Source: Eutreptiella sp. 'Long Island Sound 2002'
Taxonomy: Eukaryota; Protista; Euglenida
Length of the DNA: 64,000 bases
Reading direction: 5' to 3'
Assembly (NCBI GenBank): GCA_964036045.1
Contig: OZ038378.1
Span: 196,788,001-196,852,000, forward strand
Shown here: one piece after another, positions 63,795 to 64,000 of the stretch
Position numbering within the stretch: position 1 is the first letter of the stretch
Layout of the letters: every line of letters begins with the position of its first letter
Program-made: the position numbers and the translations under genes
Notes under the pieces: model-generated
Database searches by the model: none
Seen by the model: only the letters and a program-made list of their open reading frames with translations
Told to the model about the DNA's origin: nothing

Positions 63795-64000
63795 CTACGG
63801 GGCACAGGATGCATCATGTGCGAGACGAGGAGGACTGTTTGATGGACACTGGTGCGTGTGCATGGGTGACGGCAGAAAATTTTCAATCCATGCTCAAACT
63901 GTGAGGTACAACTCCTACTTCCTACTGAATGACTGCCGAACCATATGTTCTGAAGTTCCGATGCCCCGCCGGCGGGCTCGCTACTGGCTGGCCCAGAACT

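Overview
Repeat-rich eukaryotic nuclear DNA, most likely from a photosynthetic euglenid. The evidence is LHCII polyprotein units joined by xMFAxxGKK-type linkers, a euglenozoan-style eRF1 and a VIPER/TATE-like retroelement. Three spliced genes can be rebuilt by hand, all with canonical GT-AG introns. (1) A ~29.6 kb, 8-exon DCAF8-family WD40 gene on the minus strand (32596-2978, ~674 aa). (2) A compact eRF1 gene on the plus strand (46223-~49970, 457 aa), probably with an intron directly before its stop codon. (3) The 3' part of a minus-strand gene (63794-60382, start outside the window) fusing a nucleotidyltransferase-like domain, a CxxC-CxxC knuckle and an atypical SDR. The large introns of the WD40 gene carry cargo. 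This includes an antisense, intronless, locally amplified LHC-polyprotein pseudogene array (21577-26720) between two (TA)n tracts, and a decayed plastid psbB insertion preceded by a group II intron domain V-like hairpin. It also includes a gag-YR-RT-RH retroelement interrupted by a tRNA-derived palindrome, a LINE relic with RNase H, and several fold-back/MITE-like elements. All splice models and family calls are by eye and need RNA-seq and HMM confirmation.
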